Positions 16,249-17,891 of a stretch of 17,891 nt of DNA are shown here, in pieces. The translations under genes and the position numbers were made by a program. The number at the start of each line of letters is the position of its first letter. The first letter of the stretch is position 1. Below the pieces are notes generated by a model. The model was not told where the DNA came from and did no database searches. It worked only from the letters and a program-made list of their open reading frames with translations. Source of the stretch: Thermoproteota archaeon (GTDB lineage: Archaea; Asgardarchaeota; Njordarchaeia; Njordarchaeales; Panguiarchaeaceae). The stretch is taken from assembly GCA_024720975.1 (NCBI GenBank), contig JANJXX010000012.1, forward strand, positions 1 to 17,891. Reading direction: 5' to 3'.

Positions 16249-16707
16249 GTGGTGAGAATGGTAAATCGGAATAAACTTTTAGAAAAATTGGTAAAAGAAA
16301 CTCTAAGTAGACTTTCAAAAGAATCGATAGAAAAAGCTAAAAAGGCACTCGAGGAAGCTTTAAGATGGGTAAAAATAAACTACCCCTACGCAAGCGCAGA
16401 AGAAGTACACGCAAATAGACTTACATTCATGTTTAAACCTGAAAGCGATATCGAGGATGATGAGGCAGAAGAAGATTCATTAACACTCACCGCTATTTTG
16501 TTTGAACTAGGGGCCGATTATTATGATGAGGTTTCTCAAATCATATTTGAGATGATTTACGCCACAGAGTACAAAAGAAAACATGGAGTGATAAAGTTTG
16601 GATTGCACATCAAGTGGGACCCAGAAGTTGCAAGAATCGCCCGAAAATATCAGATAAGATACCTCAGAAGCGTAGGCGCAGGAGGATTTAAAGAAAATGC
16701 CTGCTAA
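16249..16707 (+). CDS. Hypothetical soluble, probably helical protein
   Basis: 152-codon ORF with K/E-rich, protein-like composition; no family recognised. Alternative ATG at 16258. Confidence 0.7.
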   Translation: MVRMVNRNKLLEKLVKETLSRLSKESIEKAKKALEEALRWVKINYPYASAEEVHANRLTFMFKPESDIEDDEAEEDSLTLTAILFELGADYYDEVSQIIFEMIYATEYKRKHGVIKFGLHIKWDPEVARIARKYQIRYLRSVGAGGFKENAC

Positions 16708-16789
16708 GAATAAACTCTACGCCTATATATTTCCCTACACATTTTAGTAAAACATGGGAGAGACAACTATGCTAACGAAGAGTATCCTA

Positions 16790-17870
16790 CTTTCAATTCT
16801 CTTTGTGAGATTCCTCGCTAGTAGCTGTAGCAATAGCAGAGCCTTTCAATTCTCTTTGTGAGATTCCTTACCTCAACGTACGGGCGTAGAGCTTGTGCTA
16901 CAAAGCTTTCAATTCTCTTTGTGAGATTCTGGTGAATACTATGATCCTTCTCGTCAAAAGCATTTTCTCCTTTCAATTCTCTTTGTGAGATTCGCCCAGG
17001 GCACAATCTTCTAATTCTTCTATGTCTAACTTTCAATTCTCTTTGTGAGATTCAGGCGATGCATATCTGTTTAAATGCAAAACAATGCAGTGCTTTCAAT
17101 TCTCTTTGTGAGATTCAATTTGACGGAATCGACCCAGAGTGGATCTCCAAAGTCGTTGACTTTCAATTCTCTTTGTGAGATTCTGATTACTATTCTCTTT
17201 GTCATGACTAGACACTCTCATATATTTTACTTTCAATTCTCTTTGTGAGATTCCTGTTTCTTCATCAAAGTATGACGTTACTCTAACTGCCCTTTCAATT
17301 CTCTTTGTGAGATTCAATGAGATACACATATATACCAGCGAAAGAATTAAAGAAGCTTGACTTTCAATTCTCTTTGTGAGATTCGAAGCTGACTACATTT
17401 TTAAAGACTTTGTTGTGACGTTCCTTTCAATTCTCTTTGTGAGATTCATTCTACTTGAAAAACTTGGTGAGGGCGAAGAAAAGTTCTTTCAATTCTCTTT
17501 GTGAGATTCTCGCTGCTTTTCGGTTGGGCTCCTTTGCCTTCAGTGAACTTTCAATTCTCTTTGTGAGATTCCTGTGATAGTCTTCTTATCAATGCGCTCT
17601 TAGCAGTACCCTTTCAATTCTCTTTGTGAGATTCCTTCTTTAGCACGTAGGCTCGAGGCCGAGCTTGCGAGCTTTCAATTCTCTTTGTGAGATTCCAGCA
17701 TCATATATGGTGATGTATAAAAATTTTCTATTTGCTTAAAACTTTCAATTCTCTTTATGAGATTCAAAGAGGTACAAAGCTCACTTTCAATTCTCTTTGC
17801 GAGATTCTCCACCTGGCGCATCGGATTCATTACCAATGCTCTCGAGCTTTCAATTCTCTTTGCGAGATTC
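16790..17870 (-). CRISPR. CRISPR array: 18 repeats of 24 nt (GAATCTCACAAAGAGAATTGAAAG on the minus strand) and 17 spacers; may continue past the window end
   Basis: ctttcaattctctttgtgagattc starts at 16790, 16843, 16906, 16970, 17030, 17093, 17160, 17230, 17292, 17361, 17424, 17486, 17548, 17611 and 17672, with variants at 17742, 17784 and 17847. Spacer lengths are 29,39,40,36,39,43,46,38,45,39,38,38,39,37,46,18,39. Orientation is inferred from the ATTGAAAG 3' end (archaeal type I-A/III-like repeats). Confidence 0.98.
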
Positions 17871-17891
17871 GATGATTAAACGATGGGGTTT

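Noticed and set aside
15379-16707. ICMT acting on the C-terminal Cys of the neighbouring protein (…KENAC)
   Set aside because: No CaaX box or prenyltransferase in view; prokaryotic ICMT-family proteins are common and have other substrates.
16818-17329. ORFs 16818-17036 and 17096-17329
   Set aside because: Translations of CRISPR repeats and spacers (recurring ISQRELK / NLTKRIE).
16814-17846. Self-targeting spacers within the window
   Set aside because: Only short chance matches seen by eye (e.g. aggtacaaa in nuoC); no alignment was run, and the rest of the genome was not visible.

Overview
Archaeal genomic window (GGTG-type Shine-Dalgarno motifs, oligo-T terminators, CRISPR repeat ending in ATTGAAAG); the lineage cannot be fixed from the sequence alone. 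It opens with the 3' part of a large membrane-anchored, multi-Ig-domain surface protein. The centre (2.4-13.4 kb) is a shuffled cluster encoding the full 11-subunit complex-I-like core (NuoA, B, C, D, H, I, split J1/J2, K, L, M, N; no NuoEFG/FpoF). Its catalytic subunits are genuine group 4 [NiFe]-hydrogenase subunits: both CxxC Ni-binding motifs and a cleavable C-terminal tail are present. An alpha/beta hydrolase interrupts the cluster. It is followed by an Mth938/NDUFAF3-like gene, a threonine synthase-like gene, an ICMT-family methyltransferase, a hypothetical gene and an 18-repeat CRISPR array running to the window edge, with no cas genes in view. The most striking signals are (i) an in-frame 81-nt (27-aa) tandem duplication lengthening the NuoL lateral amphipathic helix, the signature of complexes with an extra proton-pumping module, although only one nuoM is visible; (ii) an Arg-to-His change in the hydrogenase L1 motif; (iii) a recurrent TATTWVCAAAG motif upstream of the scattered hydrogenase operons; and (iv) an 18-nt spacer at a repeat-variant switch in the CRISPR array.
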